A stretch of 63,928 nucleotides of DNA, filler included, from Psammoneis japonica (GCA_008632985.1; 4 parts of 4 records of this genome joined end to end with filler, not necessarily neighbours in it); one strand, 5' to 3'. Positions 48,882-62,931 are shown, numbered from the whole stretch's first letter. Notes: generated by a model from the sequence alone, not told the origin. Numbers and translations are program-made.

Positions 48882-50336
48882 TTATTGTGAACCGCCAATT
48901 ATTGACTTTGCCACACGCTCTCCTGACCTATAGGCACCCTGCACCCAACCATTGAATTCGTCGTCAAATCCCTCGCCAGCAAAATATAGAGTCTTTGGGT
49001 CACTTCTATCGTTTGTTCCCGTCACTGCACAAGTCAGGTCTGTTTCAGGAATTGTAGAAAGAGCATGCACTGGAAAGTACGAGTAAGAGCCACAAAACCT
49101 CGAATTCTTTGACCAGTTGGTCACAGCTACGGCTGTGGGTCGCAAGATAGCTGGATCGACACCAGAAAGCTTAACGGAAAAGGCGCTACGAAACAGCCTC
49201 GCAATTTCATTCTTGATTTGCTCCTCTGTCAAGGACTCGACACGCTCAGCCTCATTTCCTCCAATATAGCACATGTAAAGATTCTTTTGGGTAGGTTTGA
49301 ACTTCATCCAAAATGGATAATGTCCTTTTGTGTCTGTGCAGATTGCAAACTGATCCTTTTCGGGTTGGAACTTCTCGTCGAACCGAGCAAACACCTTGGC
49401 AAAGCAAAACATTCCAATCTGATTGATAGCCTGCTTCTTCCAGTCTGGTAATGGTGGAATGAAGTCAATTATGTCCTTCTGCAAAACACCAAGACTCACC
49501 GTACAAACTACTGCATCAGCAGGGCAATTAATGACTTGATCCGAATCGACATCCTTCGCAACCACTTGAACATTTCCTGGAGAATAATGTACTCGTTGCA
49601 CGGCTGTATTGAGTTTGATGATCCCACCACGCTCTTTGATATCGTCTACCATTCCATTTAGTACGGTATTGAATCCTCTCGGATCCTCCACAAAGACTTC
49701 TTCCTTTCCTAAATCTACATCGTTCATTCCAGGACGCATATCGTGTGCGGCACTCAGTTCCCTCAAGTCGTTTGCCACCCACACGTCCAAAACATTGTAT
49801 TGCACTGTTTGTTCAATGATGCTTTGTTCCTCTTGCTTTTTCCATCCACATTTTTCAAGTAATGTCATGACGTCTACGTCCTTTTGCGGTTGAATACCCT
49901 GATTGGCACAAGTTTCGATTGCTTGTTCATAAATGTCATCGAATCGTTGACGTGTTGCCATGTATTCTTTGGTGATATCCATACCAGTCTGTCCATTCAG
50001 TGCCAAAACGCAAGAGTTATCGTCACGATTACTCATTTGTCCTTCTAATTTCGCGTCTTGTGCGAGTTTCCAGACAGGATTGTTGTACGTGTCCTCCAAT
50101 CCGGAAATCCAATTGGCACCCCGTTCGACAGTATATCCTTCAAATTGCATACAACACATTCTTCCACCAATATAGTTGTTGGCTTCCAATATCGTTATCT
50201 GCAGATTTGCATCGTGCATTAGCAGAACATGTGCCAACTTGATGCCTGCCATGCCGGCACCAATCACGACAATTCGTCGAGGGATCGCGCTGCTGCCTGA
50301 TGATGGGCTGGTTGAAGTGCTGATGGCAAGACTCAT
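48882..50336 (-). CDS. Flavin-containing amine oxidase (polyamine oxidase-like)
   Basis: VVIGAGMAG, LEANNYIGGR, ERGANWI, VCTVSLGVLQ, GSYSY, LYFAGE...GWVQGAYRSG. Confidence 0.92.
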   Translation of the reverse strand: MSLAISTSTSPSSGSSAIPRRIVVIGAGMAGIKLAHVLLMHDANLQITILEANNYIGGRMCCMQFEGYTVERGANWISGLEDTYNNPVWKLAQDAKLEGQMSNRDDNSCVLALNGQTGMDITKEYMATRQRFDDIYEQAIETCANQGIQPQKDVDVMTLLEKCGWKKQEEQSIIEQTVQYNVLDVWVANDLRELSAAHDMRPGMNDVDLGKEEVFVEDPRGFNTVLNGMVDDIKERGGIIKLNTAVQRVHYSPGNVQVVAKDVDSDQVINCPADAVVCTVSLGVLQKDIIDFIPPLPDWKKQAINQIGMFCFAKVFARFDEKFQPEKDQFAICTDTKGHYPFWMKFKPTQKNLYMCYIGGNEAERVESLTEEQIKNEIARLFRSAFSVKLSGVDPAILRPTAVAVTNWSKNSRFCGSYSYFPVHALSTIPETDLTCAVTGTNDRSDPKTLYFAGEGFDDEFNGWVQGAYRSGERVAKSIIGGSQ

Positions 50337-50619
50337 TTTCTTGCTTTTTTCGGCTAACTGTAATTTTGTCAATGAGCAAATCGCTGCAATGCAGTTTTGT
50401 GAGAGCAAGGTTCCGATCGGTGCTTGTCATCGTCGTGTCATGTTTGAGGCAGGCTTGTAGGGCCCTACTAGACTAGCTTGTAAAACATAATAATAGTGCA
50501 TGTGCTCACTCACAAGGAACGCCGTCCATCCATCCGTCCGTCCGCCCCCCTGCCGCTGACCGCGCTTTTTTCAATGGTGCATTCCCATTTTTTCTCTCGG
50601 CAAGTCGCATCACTCTATC

Positions 50620-53600
50620 TCTCTCCATGTGCTGTGTGTGCTTGCCGTAGGATTGGCTGCCACAATTGCTTGAGACTCACCACCACATCCTCCTCCTCAG
50701 TGTGCTCAATGAGAAAGCTTGTTGCTGGCCCTTCTCTTGGCAAAACACATCTCTCCAAAGAGCCCCCCCACAAGGGGGGGCATGAGTTTGTTTCTGTGCA
50801 AGACCTTCTTTTTGGAAAGAGCCAAATTGCTTCTTGCTGCAGCTCTTGATTTGTGGCTGCTGTTGTTGCTTGGGAGCTGCCATCAGCTGTGTTGTCCTGC
50901 CAGTCTCCCGCACTTCCTGCAACTTTTTGTTTTTGCTGGGCAAGTGTGCCAACACACCAACACACACACGACAAGTGCCCAGAAAAAAAAAAAACAGGGT
51001 CAGCACCTGCTGAGGTTGTGAAAAACAACTTTGGCCTCTGCACAAGAGAAAGAGGGGGGGAACCACTGCACAGGGGCAGAGAGAAAATGAAAACTTGTGC
51101 TGACACTGAGGCTCTTGGTTGGATGCCAAACTGGTGATGAGCTGCCAGACTCACTGCTGCTGTGACTTTCGTTCAATGCACATCATCATCCGTGCATCAT
51201 TTCTTGCACGATCATGCAAAACATGAGCACCTGAAACATCGTCATCAACATTGAACTTTGAAACTTCACTGTGCTGCAGGATTGCATGGAGGGGGGGCAA
51301 GTGGGTGTCATGTGACCCCCATCGCAGCATTGCAAGCAAGGGGCAGTTGTCGTGGGCCTGTGCAGTTTTCTTCATCTGTTTCTTGCAAATTTTGTTTGGA
51401 TTCTGGCTCTGTGACCATTGCAGTGGCATGGATGTGGTCATCATGGGGGCACATTCTTGGTCACATCTGATGACAGAAGGTCAGATTTGCTTCCAATGAG
51501 CAAATGCATGTGGCGCACTTTACACGCAGATTCCACGCGACATGACATTTTTACACTGTGCACATTGCATCATCACAAAAGTGCATGACACGTCACAAAT
51601 CCTTGAGTGGAGCAAATCTCCACCCGTGGAGATTTGCTCCCCTGGTAGTTGAAGGGCCAAGATGAAACATCAAATGCTTCAAACAACACAATGACACCGC
51701 GGTTGTTAAAGTGTCAAAGAGAAGGATGTCCACAGTCCTCTTTTGCTTCATTTGGACACTCACCAGCCACCAGCAAATCCCAGCTTCACCACATCTGTGC
51801 AAGTTTTGTGAAATGTTTCATCAGCGTCATCTTCATCACACACCTCTCCAATCAACTTGACAGCAGCCCACAAATGGCTGGGTGCAACAGGCGGAGAGTG
51901 CACAATCTTGCACAATGCATCATCATCAGCAACATGTTCTGTCTTGCACTTTTGTTGTTTCTTTGTGCTTGCTTTGTCACCCAATTCTTGATGAACTGAC
52001 GAAGCTCAAGACATGATTCAGCGGTGTTTTCATTGTTCATTGTGATCAGACAACAAGCCCTGACAGGCCAGCCATTCTCCTCTGGATTTTTGTCATTTTT
52101 GTGACTGACTCTCATGGAAACGTCTGAAAGTTGAAAACCTTGATCTGCCAGCAATCTTTTCATCCCAAGCAATGCAGCCTGTGCTGTTGCCACCAATCTT
52201 GACAGGAATGCAATCAACAGTGGCATTTTCAAGAAGGTGCCAGAGGGAGCACGCTTGAAATCTCTTGCACAGCCACCTCCAACCCACACCATTGTCCTCT
52301 GAGTGAGCAAGAACCTCAAGTGGAAAAAATGGAGCACCAGGTGTGAGCATGTGGATTTTCAAGATGAGCTGTCCAATGACATTTTGTTTGCAGTTTGTCC
52401 AGATGCTCACGTCAAACAAGCTGGGAATGAGTCAATGCATGTGGACCCACTTCCAAAGCTTTGTGTGGACTGGCCACCCTGTGATGATGAACCTCAACAA
52501 GAACGTGGAGAAAAAGGAGGCCAATGGCTCTGTTGGCTTTTGTGAGGGAGTTGAGCTGAAGGAATGTGTTTCTTTGGATGACTTGGAGTTGACGAGGATT
52601 GACGGTCATTGGGTGAGGTCAGCCTGTGTTTCACAAGTTGAGTCGATTGTCTTGAGGCATGAGGAAAAGGGAGGAGGAGGGCTGTTTTGTGCACAGCTCC
52701 AAGGAGAGAGATGTGTTGTGTTGTCAACTTTGCTGTCCCTGTGATGGGGGCTTCATTGACAAGAGAACCCCAAGAATCAGTCAGAGGAAGCAATTGACCC
52801 AGTTCTCATTTTTCGCAACAATGCAGCAACTTTGACACCACAGAGACAGCTGGGTTCATGTGGCTCTGTCTGGAGTGACAACAGCAAAAGGGGCTTTGTC
52901 TCAGGAGGGAGTTTGATGGCAGGAAAACAAAGGGCATGCCATTGGCATCAAGAAGCAAGTTCCTTGGTCACTTCAGGAGCACAAGAGAGGGTTCCAAGAA
53001 GGCTGTCAGGCTCATCTGGTGCTGCAAATGACTGTGCAAGGCACTTGCAACTAAAGATTGCAGTCATCAGACAATGACTGTCAGCTGGCAATTTGTCAAC
53101 AATCTGGGCTTGCATCATGTGATTGTCCTTGTCAGGTGCAGAAACAAGGGTGTTGAGTGAGTTGTTTGTGCTCACAATCTCCGGTTTGAAAGCGAGCGAG
53201 CACGCAAAAAGCACAAAATCACCGCATCCATCATCTCAACGGAAAAAAGGGCCACGTCATGTTCACAGATTGAGGGCACAAAAAAAGACAAAAGCAACTG
53301 GCACTCAAATGTTCAATGCAAATTGCTTCAAAACAGAAAACTGGCCAATCGATTGGCCAGGAGTCAACGGCATCCCAACCCAAAAATGACTGGGGCAATG
53401 TAAAATTTGGAATGTTTTGCACAAGCAAACAGAGCAATTTTTGTGAAACCCCAAACCATGCAAAAGTCATTGCACTCTGTTTCATGCACAAAGACTGCTT
53501 GCAAATTTGGTCATTTTGAAAGTGGTCAGCCCCAAACCCCGACTTCGTCTTGCCCATCTGTCTCCAGTCTGTTTGGGGTCAGGGCAGGGGGGAGACACAG

Positions 53601-54700
53601 ATGGACAAAGCAAGCTGGCTGCTGGCAAGCAATGCCCATGCATCTGTCCATCCACCTGTCTGTCTTCCATGTTGCCCGCTTGGCTGAGACAGCTTGTGTT
53701 GCTTGCTGCTGTCCCAGCTGGCACCAGGAGCATGCCAACACTCTCAGAAGTCTCGCACATTGTTCTGTTTGTCTCTGTGCATGTGCGTGCATGTTGTTGA
53801 GTGTGGTTGCTCAGGATGACCATGCAAAGACTTGTTGGGGTGCGAGTCATCCTCCAGGAGCACTCAGGAGGGGGTGGGTCTCTTGCGGCTCCCAGGATTG
53901 CAGGCTGCTCCTGAAATGACATGATGTCATGCACTGCATCTTGTGCGCATCTCATCATTGTTGTTTGGCCATGTTTGTGAACTTTGACCTCAGCACGAGA
54001 AAAAAGTGGGAAGTGGCAGAGGAGAGAACAAACATTTGGTGCACTGATGCTGAGGTTCTTGGACAGCATCAACGTGCTGGCATGGTGGGATGGGGGTGGT
54101 GTGGACAGATGGACGGCAGAAAAATTGCTGGGGCAGGCAGAGTGCAGCATGGCCCAGCTGGTGGGAAGAAGCTGGCACCAACAGATGGGAGCAAGGAACA
54201 AGTCACAGCACATGCTGCAAGATGCACATTGAGCGTGAGTGTGAGTGCACACAAAAAGCAGCTGGCTCGTGCCCCAAGAATTGCCCAGGGAGGGCGGCAA
54301 TGCTGTGCCACCTCCCTGGGCCTGTTTGTTTGTGTGTCACATCATGTGCTGCATGACATTTGATGTTGTCATGGAAAAACCAACAAGCAATCCAACAAAT
54401 GCAACACTGACATCACACCATCTCACACATGACGTTGATGATGTGCTGTCACATGCACCATCTGCCATGATGAGGGCTCTTCAAACTCACAACACTCAAC
54501 TCACAGAGCGCATCTGTCAAGGCCACTTTGTTCCTCTCCCTGTCAATCTCCTCCCACAATCAACCACACAACACACAAACACCACAGCACACTCAACAAC
54601 AAAGGCAACAACCTCAGTCCATTGCAAATCTGGAGTCATTCTGTCGACGGCATGGGAATCGAAAACAGCGCAGAAGTTGTGTGGACGCGTTCCAGCCCTA
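50620..54700 (+). mobile_element. Decayed repeat block containing a Helitron/PIF1-type helicase C-terminal remnant (about 51900-53050)
   Basis: DRNAINSGIF, PVMMNLNKNVEKKEANGS, NNAAT, WVHVALSGVTTAKGLCL (PIF1 motif YVALSRV). TpA nearly absent. Confidence 0.65.
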
Positions 54701-56518
54701 GGTTGGACTCCGTGTGACATTGGGCCCGTAGAATTCTACGTGCGAGCTCCGTAGTACGAGAATTTAATTAATGGATATAATTATCTTCAACATCAAATAA
54801 ACGGCCAAGTTTGTGGTACAATTATGCCTCTTACCACTCGACGTTTTTGCAAATGCACCTGCCCTACGCGATTCTTAAGACATTATAGAATCGCGCTGTA
54901 ACAAAAAATGTCAAAAGTTTTTGGACGGATCGCTCAATAAGTGTACCGTAAAATGACACAAAATATCAAAAAATCACGTAGAATTCTACGTGCGCGACAT
55001 ACGACGAGATTCAAAAAACTATCGATGTCACAGTTCAGTAGTACGAGGTCCCACCTAGACCTGGAACGCGTCTGTGATGCACTTGGCCATGTTTCAAACA
55101 CCCAAGCACCCCACAAACACAAACGACAAACAGCAACATCATGGTGTGAGGGACACAATGGCTCCAAAGCACCAAGCATCTTGAAAACAAGATCGCTGAG
55201 ACGCGCTGTTTTCTCTCTGCATCAGAAGAGTTGCCATTTGATGCTCCTTCCCCAACATGCACAGCATGCAAAAAAGTCAATGGCAGGGTCTCGAGATATT
55301 TTCGAAAAACCCTGTTTTTTTTTTTTGTTTGGGGTTAGCAGGCATGGGTTTGACGCGAAACAGGGCATTGTCATTCGATTGTTGACCTACACCGGGTCCC
55401 TCCCCCGGGCGTCAAACCACAACACGGCTCGCGAGCAGAAGCGCAGCCATCGGATCGAGTTTCTTCCGGACACCAGTTTGAAGATGAACTGCCAGACTCA
55501 CTGCTGACGTTCGTTCACATGCGTCGTCCGCGTGTCACTTTATGCGCGATCGTGCGAAACACGAACCCTAAAACGTCATCATCGATATTGAAGTAACGGA
55601 TTGCATGCTTCAAGATGTCACTAACACTTATTATGATTTTATCAATGATCAATGTCTACATAAAAATCTTTTATTGCCCTTCATGGTGATGTCATCCACA
55701 TTTTTGCCACGATTACACAAACCATGTACATTTGTACATACGCATTCTGTGATACAAAGCTACAGAACTGCGTCAGAGGCGGTGTTTGAAAATTGCGAGG
55801 GGGGTGTCTCGACCAATCAAACTTCTTCAGAATTCCGACGTAAGACATGGTAGCCTTTTATGTATGTAGAAAATATACGAGAACTTTTGCATGTACAAAT
55901 ATGTAGAAATAGTACCAAGTGACTTTCGGCCGCAAAGCATTCGTGCGGCGACCAGCACATCGTCACAAAATCAGATTCGTTCACAAAATCTCCTGATTCG
56001 AGATCACTTTTCAGTTCATATAACAGAAAGCTTTTGCTCAACCAAGCGTCAGAATCCATTCCTCTTGAATTAAAAGAGGAAAGGATCAGCAAAGAGACAG
56101 TCAAAACGTTTCCTCACAGCAACTTCAGACAATCTTTGGTCAAAGGTATGTTGACGATTGACGATGCGCCATGAAAAACGCGCTCTTGGCAAATTTGAGT
56201 TGCTGTAGAATCTGTACGGATTCCCTCGTAGGCCGAGAAATGCCACTGAGTCACTCCAAGAATTTTTGGCGGCAATGATCAATGATGGGCATGACGTACA
56301 ATCCTGACATCGGAGCTGGTACCACCCTACGCAATACCGAATAGAAGTATTGAGTCGTGTGGGTGTCGTACTCTCTTTGTATCAAATTGATTGAGCGCTG
56401 TTCCTCTTTGTTCTCTAATTGATTGCTGACTTTGCTCTTTGCTGTTCTCTTTGCTTCTTTCAGGCGGTACCAAGGCATTTTAGAATAAGCACCAAGCAAC
56501 AACAAGTACCAACTCAAA

Positions 56519-57759
56519 ATGAAACTTCACCATGCAGCATCGATGCCAGTTCTTGACAAGCTGGTTTCTTCAGACAGCGAGAGCGATGATAGCGAAATTA
56601 GAAACGCCCATCCTTCGATGGCGAGGACGGAAAGCACCGTGTGCTTTGCTGATTTCTCCGACGATGAGTCCGAAACGATGGTCCCACCCCATCGTGGATA
56701 CAAGAAAGTCCTCGTGACCGGAGGAGCAGGCTTCATTGGTAGTCACGTCGCCGAATACCTTTTAGCTCGTGGCGATGATGTAGTGATTGTTGATGAAATG
56801 AACGATTACTACGATGTGAAAATCAAAGAGGGTAACCTCAAGCTTCTCCGGGAGAACTACCCTGACAAGCGCCGCCTTAGTATCTACCGCGGAGACATTT
56901 GCGACGATGAGTTTATGCTTCAGGTGTTTGAACAGGAGCGCCCCAAATGGGTCTGCCACATGGCTGCTCGTGCCGGAGTGCGTCCGTCTATTCAGGATCC
57001 TTACGTGTACATTCACTCCAACATCAAGGGAACCACCCACCTTATGGAGCTCTCGCACAAGTTTGGTGTGGAGAACTTTGTCTTTGCCTCCTCGTCGTCG
57101 GTTTATGGAGGATCCGAATCGACCTTTTTCAGTGAGGACGAGAACGTCGACAACCCTGTTAGTCCCTATGCGGCTTCCAAGAAGGCTTGTGAGCTTTTGG
57201 CCTACACTTACCACCATCTCTACCAGCTCAACGTGACTGGTCTTCGTTTCTTCACCGTGTACGGTCCACGTGGACGTCCCGACATGGCCCCGTTCAAGTT
57301 CATCGATCGTGTAAGTCGTGGGCTTGAGATCCAGCAGTTCGGAGATGGCTCGTCTTCCAGGGACTATACCTACATTAGTGATATCGTCGATGGTATCGTT
57401 CGCGCTGTTGATCGCCCTCACAAGTACGAGGTCTTCAATTTGGGCAAGGGAGACGGAACCTCTCTCAAGGAATTCATTGACCTTGTCCAAGAACACACCG
57501 GAAAGAAGCGATCATCAAGGTCATGCCTGATCAGCCTGGTGATGTTCCGTACACGTGCGCGAACATTAGCAAGGCTTACACTCTCTTGGGTTACAAGTCC
57601 AAGGTTCCTTTCGATGAAGGTATTCGCAGGACCGTCAAGTGGTACAACGAGGCGTACAGCCAGAAAGCCATTGAAGTCTGCCCCGAGTCGCAGGCGAACG
57701 GACTAGGACGCGCTCCTTCTTTTGTCGAATTGACCAGCGCCGCCACTGTTTCCATGTAG
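56519..57759 (+). CDS. UDP-glucuronate 4-epimerase-like NAD-dependent epimerase; 1-bp frameshift near 57508
   Basis: VTGGAGFIG, HMAARAGVRPS, YAASKK, RFFTVYGPRGRPDMA, RDYTYI, QPGDV. Confidence 0.92.
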
Positions 57760-58231
57760 GTCTGACTGAATAAGTGTTGTCGGTGTGCAAGAATGTTCGC
57801 AATTTTATATAGATAAGATGCATTAGCTTTCCTGTTTTTTGTTTCATGTACTCATTCTCATGCCGAGACGCCTGCCAATACGCATACCCATGCCAATCCG
57901 GGAGACCTTTCTCCTTAACGAACACATCATTGTGCTGCGATTGACAGTGCATTTCTGACCATTGTCAGCTGTTCTGGAGCATGCTTTCTTGGTTTGAGGA
58001 TGGTACCGTACTGTAGTGTAGGCGTTGCCCGTGTCGGTGTTTTGGATGGTGGTCGCGCGCCTTGATCACGCGCGTAATATGGCTGATTGAGTGAGTCGTG
58101 CGTGATACCATTCCCGAATCGTGATGACGTCTGCAATTTTCGTCTCTCAACTTTTTTGACTCACACCATTTTCTTCACAGCTGTGTTTTCTTCAACTCAA
58201 ATTTCCGGTGCGAGGTTGTTTCTCTGTGCCA

Positions 58232-59364
58232 ATGATCAATCTTTTCTTTTTTTCTTCACTGGTCAGCTTTGAGCTGTTCAGCGTGAACGGGTGGACCGCA
58301 AGGCCGACGGATCGCAAAGGCTTCTTGGAAACTGCTGGACATGCCGCAGCATTTGGTGCTGGTGCGTTGTTGGTTCCAAATCAAGAGGCCGTGGCCTTTA
58401 CAAAGGACTCAATTTATGAACCAGCTCCTAAATCTCTCGTCGGACAAGTTCACGTCATCACTGGAGCCTCATCGGGATCAGGTTTAGAATCTGCCAAACG
58501 ACTCGCTGCTGCGGGAGCCACTGTTGTTTTAACGGCCCGAACTGTTTCAAAGGCGAACTGGCCAAGACACAAGTGCAAGAATATCTGCAAGGAAAAGGAG
58601 AAGCAGCGGAGACGTGTCGTTCCTAACTCTAGATTTGGAACATTTCGACTCGATTCGATCCTTTCCCAAACGTTTGAGAAGTTAATGGGCGAAGACTCCC
58701 GAATAAATGTCCTGATGAATAATGCTGGCTTAAAAGTAGAAAAACGAGCGTTGACGGAGGACGGTTATGAACGAATATTTCAGTCAAATCATCTGGGACC
58801 ATTCCTGTTGACTGCTTGCTGTTTTCCAAGCTGGATCGCCAACATGGGGCTCGCATCGTCAATGTGTCGTCTCAGGCACACAATTTGGTAGTCATGGCGA
58901 ACTCCACCCAAAAAGCTCTAGACTTGACAAATCTCAATGGAGAAAAGTCCTTTACGGGTTTTGGGTGGTCAGCTTATGCCAACTCCAAATTGGAAAACAT
59001 TCTATTTACTCAAGAATTACAACGTCGTGCTGATGCTGCGGGCTTGACTTGGTTGACAGCTGTCTCGTTGCATCCGGGTGTGGTCGGAACGGATATTTGG
59101 AGAGAAACCACTGTCTCCAAACAAAACGACAACCCCTTTAATGCCTTTTTGTCTTTGGCTTTCTACAAGACAGTATTGCCTATAGAAGAAGGTGCCAATA
59201 CGCAAGTCCTTCTCGCGTCATCCCCTTCTATTGCCAAGGGCGAATATTACGACGAGAACGGCCATGTCAAAAAATTAGAAACATATGCCCGTGACCCAGT
59301 CAAGGCAAAGCAACTATGGGATGTCAGCGAGAAAATGGTGGGGATTGACTTTTACGTGGCCTGA
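58232..59364 (+). CDS. Short-chain dehydrogenase (retinol dehydrogenase/Tic32-like) with targeting presequence; frameshifts
   Basis: ITGASSGSG, NNAG, FQSNHLGPFLLT, RIVNVSS, YANSK, LHPGVV, LWDVSE. Confidence 0.88.
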
Positions 59365-59659
59365 TACACTGGAGGAGAGAACGGCGGCATCATGATTTGA
59401 ACAATTCCCCGCCGCAGGGTGAGGATTGAACCTACGGTATCTCCTTCCTGGAGAGGAGCCTTAGATGTGGCTACTTTTGTCTTATTACGAAAGAACAACA
59501 ATGCTCTTACCTACTGCGAACGCCATCACTACACTTAAGATCCAACACATGATAAACAACGTGAATTAGTAGCATGACGTGGCCAAGTGCTGCAAACCAA
59601 CCCAGAGAGCTGGAGAGAGAGTAGATTAGACTGCATTATGATAACACTGCGCTAAAACA

Positions 59660-61411
59660 TTAGACTTTAACTGCGCGGAGGTCATGACGGAAAGAAAAGT
59701 GGAGATCATCAAGACGCTCCCTTACGAATTCTAACAGAGCTCGGTGATAACCTGTTTCAGTTAGGTGATCAAGTACCATCGTTCTTGTCACGTCGATGCT
59801 GCTGAAGAACGAACACGGGGTAAACTTTCCAGTAAATCCAACTCCATCGCGAAACACGTGGATGCATTTCCCGGTGGTATCAATTCGGTTTCTTGTCGTT
59901 CTTGCGGAACCTGTCCGAAAAATGGTCTGTCATATTTGTCAAGGTGATCGTCCAGACGACTGAGCACGTCGCTTATTGGCACATCAAAGAACAATTGTGT
60001 ATCCATGGCGTTTAAGAGGAGCTCAGTGTCTTCCATGGCGAGGCTAGTCCAATCAAATGACATCATATCCAAAACCACATTTGCTACGGATGCACCACTC
60101 ATACGTGGAACTGCAATTCCAATCCAAGGCTGTGTGTGAGCAGGGAAGGCCAACAAATTCAACGCACAACCTACTAGAGACCATACAAACTTACCCACGT
60201 CCGAGTCCGCAATCACAGTGGTAATATAGTCCTGGGTACTCTCGGATAGCTCCTTGGTCAAGAGGGCTGGACATCCGAATCCAATCGCTCGCGCTTCGAC
60301 ATTTTCAAAATCGTTGAACTCAATCGCCGCAATCGCTGCCGCCCCGGCGCCGAGGCTGTGCCCTATCAACGTCAACCGTATCTTTTCTCTGCCAGACGCC
60401 TCCAACAAATGTTGCATCAAATCCTTATGTTTCTTTGCTAAATACATCCCCCCTGAAGCAACACCAATGTGTGTCTTGCCTCCTCTGTATTCTGTGGCAT
60501 CCATAATGACATCGGATAACACGTCACCCAGAGAACTAGTCCCTCGAACCACCATTACCACGTCAAGATATTTTGGCTCTCCCCAAGAAAGTATAGGTCT
60601 TTCCTTCCCTCCTTTTTCAGTGCAATAAAGTGCGCTGGTTCTTGGGGGAAGCTCTCGACTTGCGCGTAAATAACTTCCATGTCGTGCACATAGCCTTTCA
60701 GATGTTCCTTGATATCATCAACACTGGGAGCATAGCTCAAATGAGAAAGGTAAAGATCCTCGTGAAGTGACATGGCCGTCTCAACGTCAATATCATGGTC
60801 GAATCGGTGCTGTCTTCTCTTCCAACTAGGATTCTTCCTCTCGTCCTCCTTCTCAAGCCAGTACCATAAACTGATTGGCAGACTGGATTTGAATTCTATA
60901 TGCCCAAAGTGATTAGCAAGTGACGCTGAAGCTCGATCCATGCCTACTTTGAAGATATCAAGTATTTCTTGAAAATTCCTCTTGGAGTGCTTGGCCGTCG
61001 CATAAACCCGTGCTTGCTCCAAGAAAACGTTCACAGCGTTTCCTTTCCGTCTTCTTCTTCAAACACCATGTCACTTAACTTGTGCCATAGACTACCGCTT
61101 TTTGACTCGTCATCCTTGAGATCCTCTTAATTTGTTCGTGGGTATCTTCTACTTTTTCTTCTTCTTCTTCTTCTCTTCTTCTTCGACATCTTTTTGGTTG
61201 AATACGTGTTGCTGTAGAAACTTGCTCCCTTCTTCTCTCACTTCGTCACCCACCGCCCAAACACATCAAACACGTCCTCCTTATTTTCACACGAGTCAAC
61301 ATCTCCCGAGCACTCCTCTACGGCTATATCTGAGGCATGCAATAATTGACAAACCGTTGAAAAGAGTAACAGACTGGTCAGAACTAAATTAAGACCGTGC
61401 TTTCTCATCAT
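59660..61411 (-). CDS. Class 3 lipase with signal peptide; intron and frameshifts
   Basis: VVRGTSSLGD, IGHSLGAGAA (GxSxG), FGCP, DV/PR; N-terminal MMRKHGLNLVLTSLLLFSTVC. Confidence 0.8.
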
Positions 61412-62086
61412 GGTTGGTTGCGATGCGAACGCGTGACACCGTCGTGACAAAATTCTGAGAAAGATCTCGATCTACAGTACGTACTATGAGGTTTGGGTGC
61501 ATGAGCTGCAGTTTGACCCACGCACGTCCGTCCGTCCCGTCGTCGGTTGAGATAGATGCTATGATACGGTACAGTATGGCGAAAACTGGAAAACGGTCGC
61601 TTGATCGACTGAGATTGAAGCGAGTCGATATTGTTAGCTGTCNNNNNNNNNNNNNNNNNNNNNNNNNNNNNNNNNNNNNNNNNNNNNNNNNNNNNNNNNN
61701 NNNNNNNNNNNNNNNNNNNNNNNNNNNNNNNNNNNNNNNNNNNNNNNNNNNNNNNNNNNNNNNNNNNNNNNNNNNNNNNNNNNNNNNNNNNNNNNNNNNN
61801 NNNNNNNNNNNNNNNNNNNNNNNNNNNNNNNNNNNNNNNNNNNNNNNNNNNNNNNNNNNNNNNNNNNNNNNNNNNNNNNNNNNNNNNNNNNNNNNNNNNN
61901 NNNNNNNNNNNNNNNNNNNNNNNNNNNNNNNNNNNNNNNNNNNNNNNNNNNNNNNNNNNNNNNNNNNNNNNNNNNNNNNNNNNNNNNNNNNNNNNNNNNN
62001 NNNNNNNNNNNNNNNNNNNNNNNNNNNNNNNNNNNNNNNNNNNNNNNNNNNNNNNNNNNNNNNNNNNNNNNNNNNNNNNNNNNNNN

Positions 62087-62931
62087 GCAGTTTGGCAGGC
62101 AACGTCTGCGTTTAAATGCATCTCGACCTCCTTCAAGAGATGCTGAACGGTGGCGTCCTCTTGACTTTGTGAAATCAGTTCCAGTTCCGATATAATCGCT
62201 AAAGACAAAGGATCATCCAGCAAAGATTGTCTCTGTAGACTGGAGCCATCATTTCTTCTGGAGCGCCCATGACTGTCACCAGACCAATGAGATACCCTGC
62301 CAAAGCGATCCAACGTGCTCTCGGCTTCTTCCAAAACATCCGACATTGTGTCCATCCGTTCATTTCGGTAGTTGTCTTGTTGTCTGGCATAATTAAAATG
62401 CGTTTCGCGTCCTTGATCATTCCGTGATTCTCTATAGGAATTTGTCTCGCCTCTGTAAGGTTGCCTTGATTGGTGAGCGTAGTCCATCTGTACCCCCGGT
62501 GCGCGAGCATTGTAGTGATGGTTAAATTCGTCGTGCCCATGACGAGGAGCAGGACCATAATAAACAGTGTGTAGAGGTGGTGGAGCCCTTACTTCTTCAC
62601 GGTACTTGATACCCTCGAGAGGATCGTATCTATCATAATCGTTGTAATTTTCATACCGTCGATCCTTGACATCGTAGTTACCTACATGCCTCCGAGGATC
62701 AAACGATGGACCGCCTTCAAAATAGGGTTGACGACCAGTATAGTATTCTTGTTCATGTCGATATGGTGAAAACGGTGTATAGCTTCGCATAAACAATGGA
62801 CTTGAGCTTCGAACAGGACACGCGTTGTCTTGACGATGAGGAGCAGGAGTCCAGGCAGACACTTCCAAGCCATTATGATTGCATAACAACCAAAACAAAC
62901 ATGTTGCAATCGATCTCGACATTAGGACCAT
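62087..62931 (-). CDS. Hypothetical protein with signal peptide and a Tyr/Arg/Asp-rich region; runs into a gap
   Basis: Open frame of about 280 aa; leader ...LEVSAWTP resembles an ASAFAP-type cleavage motif. Confidence 0.55.

Noticed and set aside
45269..61411. Frameshifts in host genes as pseudogenisation or programmed frameshifting
   Set aside because: Single-base indels, often at short homopolymers, in otherwise conserved genes; sequencing error is more likely.
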